Shown: in pieces, positions 53,152 through 64,000 of the stretch | Layout: each line of letters begins with the position of its first letter | Numbering within the stretch: position 1 is the stretch's first letter | Assembly (NCBI RefSeq): GCF_001194135.2 | Contig: NC_068986.1 | Span: 74,129,884-74,193,883 of the forward strand | Direction: 5' to 3' | DNA length: 64,000 nt | Source: Octopus bimaculoides | Lineage: Eukaryota | The notes under the pieces: model-generated | The model's input: only the letters and a program-made list of their open reading frames with translations | Told to the model about the DNA's origin: nothing | The model's database searches: none | Position numbers and translations under genes: made by a program

Positions 53152-53439
53152 TGTGGTATGACGTCAGTGATTGGGGAGCTGACCGGAAGGGCGAGTTGAC
53201 CGGAAGAGGAAGAAGGGCAGAGGGAGCCTCGATCGGGATTTCGTGCCCTTTTCGAACGGAGTCGGGGTCAGTAGAGGACGTGTTAAGCGACAGTCTAGGT
53301 TTGGGAGAAGCAGCTGCTATTCCTAGTGTTCTTCAGGTCGGGGTAAGCTTCAAGGATCGGATACCGGAAGACAGACTCGCAGTCTACGAAAGGAAAACCG
53401 AGGTAAGGCGATTACATCTACTCGCACGCATATACCACA
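53152..53439 (+). mobile_element. LTR (288 bp) of a Gypsy-like retrotransposon
   Basis: GC-rich island in AT-rich PLE sequence; TG...CA ends with a perfect 8-bp inverted repeat TGTGGTAT/ATACCACA; followed by a gag-like start. Confidence 0.75.
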
Positions 53440-53474
53440 AGCTATTTCAGCCCCACGTGTAGAAATTCGCCGCG

Positions 53475-53537
53475 ATGGCAGCCAAGATTAGAATCACCAG
53501 CGATGTGATCAGGCCTTTTAATGGCGAAGGAGATGTG
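53475..53537 (+). pseudogene. Truncated gag N-terminus MAAKIRITSDVIRPFNGEGDV
   Basis: ATG 36 nt after the LTR; PFxGxGDV resembles the start of Gypsy capsid domains; sequence switches abruptly to AT-rich PLE DNA after 53537. Confidence 0.6.
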
Positions 53538-54002
53538 ACGAAAATTCTATATTACGTAAATAATGCCATGAAAATTAATACTGAAAAGTCACGTGATAAA
53601 CATGGCGTCCATTACCAGAGGTAATTCTAAAATAATAACGAAAATATCGAAAAAGAAAATCTACCTAAAATAAAAAGTTTAATGAAGATTAATAATAATA
53701 AAATACTTAAAACTCTCAGATTTCTGCAGAATAATAACTATACCAAATACGAAAGTTATATATTACTTAAATAATGTTATGAAATATTGTAAAAGACTGC
53801 TCATATCGTTGAATACTTAAAGTAAAGGTAGTTATATGTTCCAATTTTTTAATAATATTGTGATGATTAAATTGTATTCTAAAGCTAATTTGATGTATTT
53901 TATGATACTGATAATAACTATAAGTTGGTACCTAATCCTAGGTTTAAATAAATAAATTAGTTATCTAAACTTATTATATAAGTAATTTAATTTATGTCTG
54001 CA

Positions 54003-54837
54003 TTAAATATGACGTTCATCGTGGGAGTCGACCAATTTTTTATTAGTTAATAATATCTCTTTAAATTCGTTAGTACATAATAAGCAGAATTTATTCCCTA
54101 TCCTATATGATTTAGCCTTGCAAACTGTTTCCCATTTTAACTCGTATTCTATTCTTTTAGATTTAAGTTCCCAAATGTATTTACTAAGGCCCGTAGAGTT
54201 AATTAAATTTCTGTTCTTAAAAGAATTCATATGTTGGGCCACCCAGGATTTAATCTTATTGGAAGTCGATCCAATGTAAGTAGTATTTATGTTATCATTA
54301 TTACTGCAGTTATTATTCTTCAAAATCACTATACATTTATATACTGCGTCCTCAACGTTACATCTATTATTAAATTTTATATTTAGTCTTATCTCTACAA
54401 TTACAATCAATTATATTTTGGACTCCAATGGAGGTATTACTTAATTTATTATTGTAAAACTTATTTAATTTAAATTTATTAAAGGATGAAATGATATTGC
54501 CAAAATTATTAGTGGTAGAGTAACCAACTCCAAAATGATTGCTAGAAAATGTGTCCTTATATTTCTTGTCTTTAATAAATATCTTAATTATATTTAAAAT
54601 CTCTTTAATAATGTTAGTTTTTACCTGTATCCCATAGGGAATTATTAGCCATATTTTATTCTTATTATTATTACTATGAGTTTTTTTGTTCATATTACTA
54701 CCTATCTCTGGTTTTAGGTGATTCTGAATACTGTGTTTATTATTATAATAGAAAGTGTATTCATCATTTAAGTTATCTTTTAAATTATAATTATATTTAG
54801 AATGGTTGAAAAATGCCTGGTATCTTTTCTGGCCCAC
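54003..54837 (-). pseudogene. PLE thumb/linker plus GIY-YIG endonuclease (frameshifted)
   Basis: ORFs 54370..54837 and 54003..54410: CNCR linker, VYKC...TYIGSTSNKIK..H..SF..NSTGLSKYIWELK...W..C.LC. Confidence 0.9.
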
Positions 54838-55202
54838 AATTTATTATTGTACCTAATAAACGATTTTCTCGCCATTTTTACTACCTTAACTTCCTCTTTA
54901 GTCATTCCCACCTTATTCATAGCATATATTAAGGCCTTATTAAGCACTATTTCATTACTAGATGAATAATAATCCTCTATGTCTATTTGGATAAATTTGT
55001 AACTACTACTGTCTTTAATATCTTTAAACCATTTTAAAGTATCATTAGTGCTAGTCCAGAGTTTTAGGTTATTTAGTTTATTAATATATTTGTCTAAAAT
55101 TAACTTACTTAATTTCCCTAAATCAGATTTACTGGGACATATTAGTCTTCCTTTAGGGTCTGAGTAGAAATTGTCTTTATGATCTTTTAAAGTTATCCTA
55201 TA
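54780..55202 (-). pseudogene. PLE reverse transcriptase N-half (140 open codons, no Met start; not in the ORF track)
   Basis: YRITLKDHKDNFYSDPKGRLICPSKSDLGKLSKLILDK...KFIQIDIEDYYSS (motif A)...MARKSFIRYNNKLWARKD; motifs B-E, including the catalytic DD, are missing. Confidence 0.85.
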
Positions 55203-55896
55203 ATTGGTATATGCCTCACAGCATGGATTTGGACGGGTTCTGATTTGGACTGAGTTGTAGAGTGGTGGTTCGTCTCTTAATTAGTTATATACATGTATAT
55301 TATATATTAGGAAACCCAGTATAATATACCGATTTTTGCCTGTAAGGTTGGAATAATTTTTTTATTCCCTAATATTATTACTATATATATATATATATAT
55401 ATAGGTGCAGGTGTAATTGTGTGGTAAGAAACTTGCTTTCCTGCCACATGGTTCCAGGTTCAGTCCACTGTGTGGCATCTTAGGTAAGTGTCGTCTGCTA
55501 TAAACTTGGACTGACCAAAGCCTTGTGAGTGGATTTGGTAGGTGGAAAATAAAATAAGCCTGTTGTAAAAATATATATATATGCATATACTTATGTGGGT
55601 ATCTTTGTGTCTATGTTTGCCTCCACACCCACCCCATCATTGTTTGACAACCAATGTTGTGGTTTGGCAAAAAGAACTGATAGAAGTACTAGGCTTACAG
55701 AGAATTAGTCCTGAGGTCGATTTCTTCAACCAAAACCCTTTAACGCAGTGATCCAGCATGGCTGTGGTCAAATGACTGAAAGAATAAAAGAATACACACA
55801 CACACACACGTAAGGATCGTTTGTAGATATACATAAATCTGGAGGAGAAGCACACTCTAAGTTGTAGAACAGTTAATATTATAGTGGGGTAGGTCG

Positions 55897-55967
55897 GTTT
55901 ATGAGGTTACCCTGGGTTTCTTGCTCGTAAGGGGTTTGGCCTTATGGCATATCTTCAGACCCCAAAC
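55897..55967 (-). ncRNA. Type I hammerhead ribozyme fold, core-degenerate (GAAA reads CAAA)
   Basis: GUUU-GGGGU|CUGAAGA|UAU-GCC-AUAA-GGC-C|AAA-CCC..GGG-U-A^ACCUC-AU-AAAC: 9-bp stem I, stem II, stem III, GUA site. Confidence 0.55.
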
Positions 55968-56039
55968 ACTGCTGGCCTGAAACCTCTTTATATATGTGTG
56001 TGTGTGTGTGCATATATTTGCATATATACATTTATATAT

Positions 56040-56480
56040 ATATATCTGTAAATAATGTGACAATTATTTGGTAGCCACGATAAAACTCCAAGTTTCGGAT
56101 GTCAGGGCAGAAACCCACGCCACCATCTCTTCAGTTATGTGGCCATTGAAAAAATGCTATGAAAATGACCATTAAACAAAGGGAAATTACTATGTGATTG
56201 ACTGTTATTAAGACAAAAGATCTATAAGACTGACCGCTAAGTGAGGGGAAGGAGTAAAGGAAAGGGAGTAAAAATGTCCATAGTATTCGCATAATTGCAC
56301 AAGTCCATACATACACATGCGCGCCCGCACACCCACGTACATGTGCCTATATATATACTCATCCACCCTCACTTGAAACACACACATGCTCACCTACACA
56401 TTTGCCAAAAAAATATATATACATACCCGCGTACACGCTCGCACACATATACACGTACAAAAAAGGTTCATACACACGTC
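56040..56480 (-). mobile_element. Second PLE-family 3' pseudo-LTR fragment
   Basis: Carries the hammerhead fold and ends in a (TA)/(TG) microsatellite; family assignment inferred from the ribozyme and context. Confidence 0.5.
56080..56138 (-). ncRNA. Minimal type I hammerhead ribozyme candidate in a PLE pseudo-LTR fragment
   Basis: AUAA|CUGAAGA|GAUG-22nt-CAUC|C|GAAA-CU-UGG-AG-U-U^UUAU; one extra C before GAAA; GUU site. Confidence 0.65.
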
Positions 56481-59400
56481 TATATACGCACATGCACAAG
56501 AAAAACAGGGCTAAAGGCAAATATATATATGAGTGGCTGTGTGGTATGTAGCTTGCTTACCAACCACATGGTTCCGGGTTCAGTCCCACCGTGTGGCACC
56601 TTGGGCAAGTGTCTTCTACTATAGCCTCGGGCTGACCAAAGCCCTGTGAGTGGATTTGGTAGACGGAAACTGAAAGAAGCCCGTCGTATATATGTGTTTG
56701 TCCCCCCATCGTCGCTTGACAACCGATGCTGGTATGTTTATGTCCCCGTAACTTAGTGGTTCGACAAAAAGAGACCGATAGAATAAGTACTAGGCTTCCA
56801 AAGAATAAGTCCTGGGGTCGATTTGCTCGACTAAAGGCGTTGCTCCAGCATGGCCACAGTCAAAAGCCTGAAACAAGTAAAAGAGTAAAAGAATATGTAT
56901 GCACTCACACATATAAATTTTCATGATATTACTTAGTGCAATTTAAATTGTATGACATATAACCAATATTGAGAATCCTATAAGTGTCATACTTCAAAAG
57001 ATAAAACTTCAAGAACTTGTATTATGGTTCAAGTTTCCTTTCACTGATTTCCTTAGTTTAGAAGATCACAGAGTACGTACAGAAAATATAGAAAAAACAA
57101 AACAGGAGAGCCCATTCATTTACTATATATGTATAAAATATGTATACATTTTTATATGTCTATGCCACTATATGCCTATATTCTCTCTCTCTCTCACACT
57201 CACAGACACATACATACAAACAAAAATAATGCTATACTGAACATCTTGTAGATGTATCTTCAATGTTATCTTCATAATGTATAACTTGATTCCATATTTA
57301 AACATAAGTCCTCTTATTTAAAAGGAGTTTAAAAAATTGCATATTGCAACATTGTCTTCCTTGATGTTGTTATTTGTATAAGTGAGCTAGAGATCAAAAC
57401 GGGCACACTGGCTCAAGAAACCAAATTCTCTTCTAGAGTGCTTACTCTGGTTATCGTTGGTTAGTCCACATCACTCTGTAAGGAGCATAGGACTGGTTTC
57501 CTAGTTTCTCTGTCATATATATTTCTCCCTGGACAAAACACCAGTCCATCGCTGGATTATGTGTTTTTACCAGCTGAGTGGACTGGAGCAAAATGAAATG
57601 AAGTGTTTTGCTCAAGAACATAACACATCACCTTGACCAGGAATCGAACCATAATCTTATGATCATGATTCTAACTTTGTAATCACTAAACCATGTGCCT
57701 TTACTAGTATTTATCATAATATCAACCAAAATAACAATGTTACTAAGTTTTTTTAAACACATTTCAGGATTAATTACGAAATGGATTATCAGAGAAATTG
57801 AAAATTATTTGAAAGTAACTCAAGTAATTGTTTTGTAAGATTTGGTCCATATCCTTTTTTTTTTTGTACAGTACCAGAGCAAATATCTAGCAAGCTTGGA
57901 ACCAGAAGTGACTCATATTTCTGGTTGTTTCAGTTTCTAGTCTTTAACAGATTCAGAATAATACTTTACTAAAGTAGGATCTATTTGTTATTTATTAATC
58001 CACTTAAAATTCTTAAGAGATATCATATTGTGCCATGTGTACTGTATAATGTTTATAGGATGAAAAATAAGGAACATGATTTTATTTAACTGAGATACGC
58101 TTACAAGTTAATACATTTCTAAATCTGAGTATATTTAATTTTTATCAGTCAACATAAAAAAAGCAAACTATTTTTAACACACTGTATGCAAATTAACTAA
58201 CTTCAAAAACAGGGTTTGTTTACTCACGACAGGGTACAGTAATATTGCATAGTATTGCACAATCTTCCTGGATTTCTGATAGCTGGATAACAGGTCCAAT
58301 ACTGAATAAGGTTTGCATTTTACTGAGCAGCATAAACTGCATATACCTTCAACTGAATATGAAGGAAAGAAATGATTTAATTGCATTTTTTCTTTGAACT
58401 CTGGACAGAATTATGCTCTGCCTTCTTAATATTTTTTCTGTTTTCATTTCAAATACGTTGGCTCAAATTTTTATCTCTGAACTGAAATTGCACTTAGAAT
58501 ATGGAAAGTATGTCAAAAGGAACAGATAAGGTTGACATAGCCTTTTGATGACAAGGCCTTTCAGAAGTTCACTGACCTTAATCACCTCTGAATATCTGAT
58601 CTAAGATGTCATCATAATCTTGCTGATTGGATATTGGAAGTTTAAACATAAAAATGTTCTTAATGTTGGTTCACACATCCTATTTTGGTTCTCTGATGTT
58701 AGGTTCATAATTTTGGTTTGAAAGTGATATCTTAAAAGTTGTCTCAGAGGATTTTTTTCAACTTCTTTTACCATTCTGTTTCTACATTTCCATATCCTTA
58801 TTTCATTTTTCATTTCAGATAGAATAATATTTTTAAAAATATAAATATAAATATACATTTTTCATTTCAGATAAAATACTTTTAAAGATAAAAATATAAA
58901 CATAAATTCTTAAATTTTCTTTCTCCAAATGATTTCAAATTTTAGAGTAACAAATATTTTCAGTTTTTAATTTTTGTTAATTTTTCAAACATAGAATGAA
59001 AAAAAATGATAATAAAATAACTGGCCCAGTGATACCACTTTTAGACTAATGGCATCATCTTTGTATGAGAAGTGCCACTTGTATGTAAGTGATGCTAACT
59101 CTGTATCTTTTATCTTTTATTTGTTTCTGTTATAAGACTGTGGTCATGCTGGGGCACTGCCTTGAAAGGTTTTAGTCAAACAAATCAACTCTGGGCCTTC
59201 TTTTTTTAAGCCTGGTACTTATTCTGTCGATTTTTTCTGCTGAATTGCTAAATTACGGATATGTAAACACACCAACACTAGTTGTCAAATAATGGGAGTG
59301 GTGGACAAACACTGACACAAAGACACACATACAATGATATATACGCATACAATACATACATACATATATATATATGTGTGTATATATATATATATAAAAC

Positions 59401-59587
59401 AGGCTGGCTTCTTTCAGTTCCATTTTACCAAATCCACACACAAGGCTTTGGTCAGCCCAAGGCTACAGTAGAACACACTTGTGCAAGGATCCATGCAATG
59501 AGACTTATCCTGGAACTGTGTTGTTGAGAAGCAAGCTTATTACCACACAGCTATGCTTGCGCCTATATGTATATGAAGCATCAACTC

Positions 59588-59800
59588 TATATTAGTACCA
59601 GCTGCTTTTTATAAGTGATACTAATGCTACGTTAGTACCACTAGCTTTATATTAGTGGCACCAACTTTTCATTTGTGTCACTAGCTTTATATTAGTGGTA
59701 CCAAACCTACATTAGTGGCACCAACTTTTTATTGCTGATACTAATTCTGCATTAGTGCCACTAATTCTATATTAGTTGTATGAACTGTATATTACTCCCC
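59588..59800. repeat. ~20-bp minisatellite (ATTAGTGGCACCAACTTTAT-like)
   Basis: About ten degenerate tandem units are visible. Confidence 0.75.
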
Positions 59801-60486
59801 CACAACACTGTTTTAGTGACGCCAGCTCTGTATCAGGGATGCTGTCTATATCAGATCACTGTCTATACCAGATCACTGGTTTATTAAAAATTATTTGACA
59901 TAATTTTCCCAGCCTCAGAATATTCTGTGATGAATTTAAAATATAAGCTACTTACTTCCTAAGAGTGTGAAGTGGTTGGTGTTATGATGGGCATGTAGTG
60001 TTAGAAATCATGCCAAAGCAGACATTGAAGCAAGATGTGGCCCTCCAATCTGTTAGATCCTTTCAAACCATCATGTCCATACCAGCATGGAAATTGGACA
60101 TAAAATGCTGCCACCTCTACTATTGCTATTCAAGGGGCTGTATTCATTAACTGATCAGCCATTCTAATAATTACTACTAATAAAATACACTATTAAAGAA
60201 CATAGTATCTTTTACTATGTAAATATCCTCCCAAACTATCCTTCTCAGCCGCATTCTCACCCATGTAAGCATGCATACTAAATTAGAGACTGCAGCCATG
60301 GTGGGTGACCACCTTGAAGGGTTTTAGTTGAACGAATCAACCCCAGTAATTATTTTTTAAACCTGGTACTAATTCCATCAGTCGTTTGCTGAACCACTAG
60401 TTTACAGGGACATAAACAAACCAACACTGATTGTCAAGCAGTTATGGGGGACAGACAAAAGCATGCACACATCACATGTATGTATG

Positions 60487-60529
<43 letters not shown>

Positions 60530-62379
60530 CAAAAAGGGACAACAAAACATTCAGACAGACAATACAAAGAAAACAAGGATGGGCCATTTGGAGTTTTCTT
60601 TCTTCAGTTAAGTTTCAGATTATCTTTGCAATTTTGGCTGGTTATAATCAACATTGCTCCAATCTGGCCAGCCCCAAAGAAAAACTAAGCTAAGAGCACT
60701 AGATTCCTTGGAAGAAAGCAGTGAATGTATACGAAAACACTGTCTTTGTTTTCATATACATTCGCTGCTTTCTTTATTGTCTGTCTGGATGTTTTGCGTT
60801 CTTGTCCCATTTTTGTATTTTTTATATATAAAAATATAGCAGCATACATACACTTTGGTCTCTTATATATAGGTGCAAGTGTAACTGTGTAGTAAGAAGC
60901 TTGCTTTTCAATCTTATGGTTCCGGGATCAGTCCCACTGTGTGGAACCTTGGGCAAGTGTCTTCTACGATTCTGCAGGCTGATCAAAGCCTTGTGGGTAG
61001 ATTTGGTAGATGGAAATTGAAAGAAGCCCATCACGTGCTGTGTGTGTGTGTGTGTCTATGTTTGTCCACCACTAACACTTGGTAACTGGTGTTGGTGTGT
61101 TTATGTCTCTGTAACCTAGAGGTTCAACAATAAGTGACTGATAAAATAAGTACCAGGTTTAACAAAAGTTAAGTACTGGGGTCAATTCATTTGACTAAAA
61201 AAATTTCTTTATGGCGGTGCTCCAGCATGGCCGCAGTCAAATGACTGAAACGAGTAAGAGGTAAAAAAACAAAAGATAGGAAAGTATTGAACATGAATTT
61301 TAGCAATTGAGTGAGAAATTGGTGCTAGATTGTTGTAGCCAGCGGGAAGAACAGTAGCAGAACAAGATGAAACAAATGTTTACTTCCTCAACGGACATTT
61401 GGCAAATTACAACAATCTACAGAGAAAGTTTGAGCTTAAAGATTGCCAAAGGCAAGCTAAAACAGTAAGAGTAACATAACAGAAATATTGAAACTCAAGT
61501 TTCTAGTCTTTTCATCATCATCAACATCATTTAATGTCCGTTTTCCAATCTGATTTGGCATGGTTTCCATAGCTGGATGTCCTTCCTAATGCCAACCACT
61601 CAAAGAGTGTAGTGGGTGCTTTTTACATACCACCAGCACAGGTGCCAGTTATGTGACACTATAATTTGACTTGGTTTGACAGGTCTTCTCAAGCATGGCA
61701 TATTGCCAAAGGTCTTTTCCTTGTTTACAAATTTTATTAACTAAGACAAAGTTCAAGCAAGCAAGAAACCCATTAGAACTCTTCTCCTTTTACCATTCAG
61801 ATTGCTCAGTCAAATTTAATGCCTATTTATTCAGGTTGTTTTGAATTAATCATGTATGATCTCCATAGCTTTGAAATGTTGATGACAAGATTGTTTATTT
61901 TTAAAATGTCATTTTACAGTAGGTACAGGGGACCAGATCTGACCAGTTTGAACATAAAACAGGCTAAGTATTTGGGCCAGATATGGCTGGTTTAAATGCT
62001 AAAGGGTTATGGTATGAATTTAAATGGTTTGATATTCAACCCTATCATGCCATATTCCTGCTACAGTGGGAATAGGTTAAGCATCATCTCTCCCAGATTT
62101 CTTGTAAAGCAGTAATAAATGATACATAGAGAAAAAGAAAATGCAGCCGATTCTGTCCATTAGTTTGTCTGTAACCATTTCTCTTGAGCTGTAGATGCAA
62201 CTGTTTATTTCTTTCCTTTGCTTGGAATCCCAAGTGGAGGGTAAACTTAGATACAGGGGCCCAGGTCTGACAGGGTTAAACAGTTTGTGGTGATCACTAC
62301 TAAAATAGTAAATTTTAATTAGTATCACATATATGTATTTACTGCTAACATATAATTTCACTTTTTTTTTTTTTTACAG

Positions 62380-62508
62380 CTCGAAGAAGAAAAACACTCG
62401 CTGATTCTTGAAAATAGTTTATTACGAGAACAACTACATGTTTTCAGGGACCGGTACAACTGCCTGCAATCATTCCAAGGTCATTCATTATATCGAGACA
62501 GCTTGCAG
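62380..62508 (+). CDS. Internal coding exon (129 nt, phase 0-0), coiled-coil-like: LEEEKHSLILENSLLREQLHVFRDRYNCLQSFQGHSLYRDSLQ
   Basis: Acceptor c(t)14acag, donor CAG|gtattt, open frame, retained CpGs, same strand and phase as exon 32479-32616. Confidence 0.8.
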
Positions 62509-64000
62509 GTATTTTATATCTCATATTTATATCACAATTAGTGATCACTAGTGTCATTTGCCAAGAGTTTCCAAGTCACCAATTAATTATTGATTAACTA
62601 CTTGTTCTGACATTGAGAGTGACAAGGAAGTGTCAGTAAACTGGTGCAAAACGAATATGGCAAGGGACTTCTTTTGAAAAACCTCTCATTGATGTTAGCA
62701 TCCTTTGCTGATATATTTTGGAGAATGATGTCTACATGTTTGTGTGTAGCTAGGTATTTTACATATCTCTATCTTTTTTTATCCCCACTTAAACATAGAC
62801 ATTATGTTAGAACAGATTATACAGTGGTAAATACCATGAGAGAACTGGACATAAACAAGAGTGTATTTTGCACCAAATGCCAATATGAGAGTTTCTCTCA
62901 TGGCATCTACCACAGTATAGTTTGTTCTAATAGAACAACCACTTTTTTTAAGTGGGGATAATTATTAAATCTTGATATTAATAGTGGCTCTGCTTCTTTA
63001 AGGTGGCAAGCTTGGCAGAATCATTAGCATGCTGGGCAAAATGCTTAGTGGTATTTTGCTTGTTGCTATGTTGTGAGTTCAAATTCCGCCATGGTCGACT
63101 TTACCTTTCATCCTTTTGAGGTCAATGTGATTGACTAGTCCCATCCACCAATTTCAGGACTTGTGCCTATAGTAGAAAGGATATTAATACTGCCCCTGTT
63201 GCTAATATATATTATTTCTCTTTCTCCTATCTTCCATTTGTCAAACAAAATGTGCCTTGTGTGTGTGTGTGTATCCGTCCAAATATGTTTATATAAATCT
63301 TTTACACACATGTGCACACACACATACACGCGCACACACACACACACACACACACACTTCCATAGAGTTTCTGTCCATTAAATTCTACTCTTCCTGGACC
63401 AGGCAACGCGTTGTGTTCTTGAACAAAACACTTCATTTCACGTTGCTCCAGTCCACTCAGCTGGCAAAAATGAGTAACGCTGCAATGGACTGGCGTCCTG
63501 TCCAGCTGGGAAACACATACGCCATTGAAACCGGGAAACTGGGCCCATGAGCCTGGCAAGGCTTTAAAAGGGTGCATTTATTTTATTTATTTTAAATTCT
63601 ACTCTTAAAGTAATGATCAATGCTATAATAGAAGCCATTTGCTCAATGTGTCACACAGTACATATTGAACTCAGAACCATGTGGTTGTGAAGCAAACTTC
63701 TTAATCACCCAGCCATGCCTGGACCTGTTTCTGCTAATGATTGTCATATGAGAAGTAGCACCTCGTGCACACACACATGCATGCGCGTGCACACACACAC
63801 AAACAAAAGTAATGTTATTTTATAAGAAAAGAGATAGTTATTTTTATCAAGAAATTGAATGTCACTATAGAAACTAACCTTGTTTAGCCAGGATATTATC
63901 TTTTGAATAGTTAAACAGAGTTTTAAAATATTGTAACTCATTAGACATCACTATCAACTAATAGACCTTGTATTAAAAATTGAAGATGCTAATCTAGAAA

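Larger units (their letters stand above)
52972..53742 (+). repeat. Diverged direct repeat pair (52972-53151, 53577-53742) flanking the LTR fragment
   Basis: Identical 49-bp block at 53037-53085 and 53627-53675; shared GTCACGTGATAAACATGGCGTC and TAATAACTATA. Confidence 0.9.
52319..55286 (-). mobile_element. Penelope-like element, 5'-truncated, internally deleted, with inverted tail and tandem pseudo-LTR copies
   Basis: 3' end abuts (TA)n at 52297-52314; the 3'-terminal 72 bp (52319-52390) recurs inverted at 55205-55286; RT and GIY-YIG coding remnants on the - strand. Confidence 0.9.

Noticed and set aside
52595-53452. 11-bp inverted match GGCTGAAATAG (52596-52606) / CTATTTCAGCC (53442-53452) between the PLE and the LTR leader
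   Set aside because: An 11-mer match within about 1 kb can arise by chance; no extended pairing.
53151-53462. 103-aa ORF as a protein-coding gene
   Set aside because: It coincides with the GC-rich LTR; open by composition, with no recognisable domain.
57767-57825. Candidate exon after catttcag
   Set aside because: Immediate stop in phase 0, so it cannot sit between the two phase-0 exons.
1-64000. CRISPR arrays, rRNA or prokaryotic systems
   Set aside because: No regularly spaced repeat-spacer arrays, rRNA-like sequence or operon-like gene density; the DNA is eukaryotic and repeat-rich.

Overview
AT-rich, microsatellite-dense animal genomic DNA with five N-gaps. The repeat content (tRNA-derived SINE families, RTE LINEs with (GAT)n tails, Penelope-like elements embedded in (TA)n) looks like an Octopus/cephalopod intron landscape; the species call is inference. 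Almost all ORF-track entries are artefacts of microsatellites, gaps or antisense transposon sequence. The only host-gene signal is two + strand phase-0 exons with coiled-coil-like translations (32479-32616, 62380-62508), both absent from the ORF track; I cannot name the gene. The rest is a transposon graveyard: SINEs (some nested), RTE, CR1/L2-like and CRE-like LINE remnants, Tc1, pogo, maT-like and mariner relics, hAT and piggyBac-type MITEs, and a canonical non-autonomous Helitron. The most interesting locus is 52.3-56.5 kb. It holds a 5'-truncated, RT-deleted Penelope-like element with an inverted tail, carrying a Gypsy-like LTR+gag fragment between two diverged copies of its pseudo-LTR. 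Just upstream on the same (-) strand lie two type I hammerhead ribozyme folds with atypical cores.
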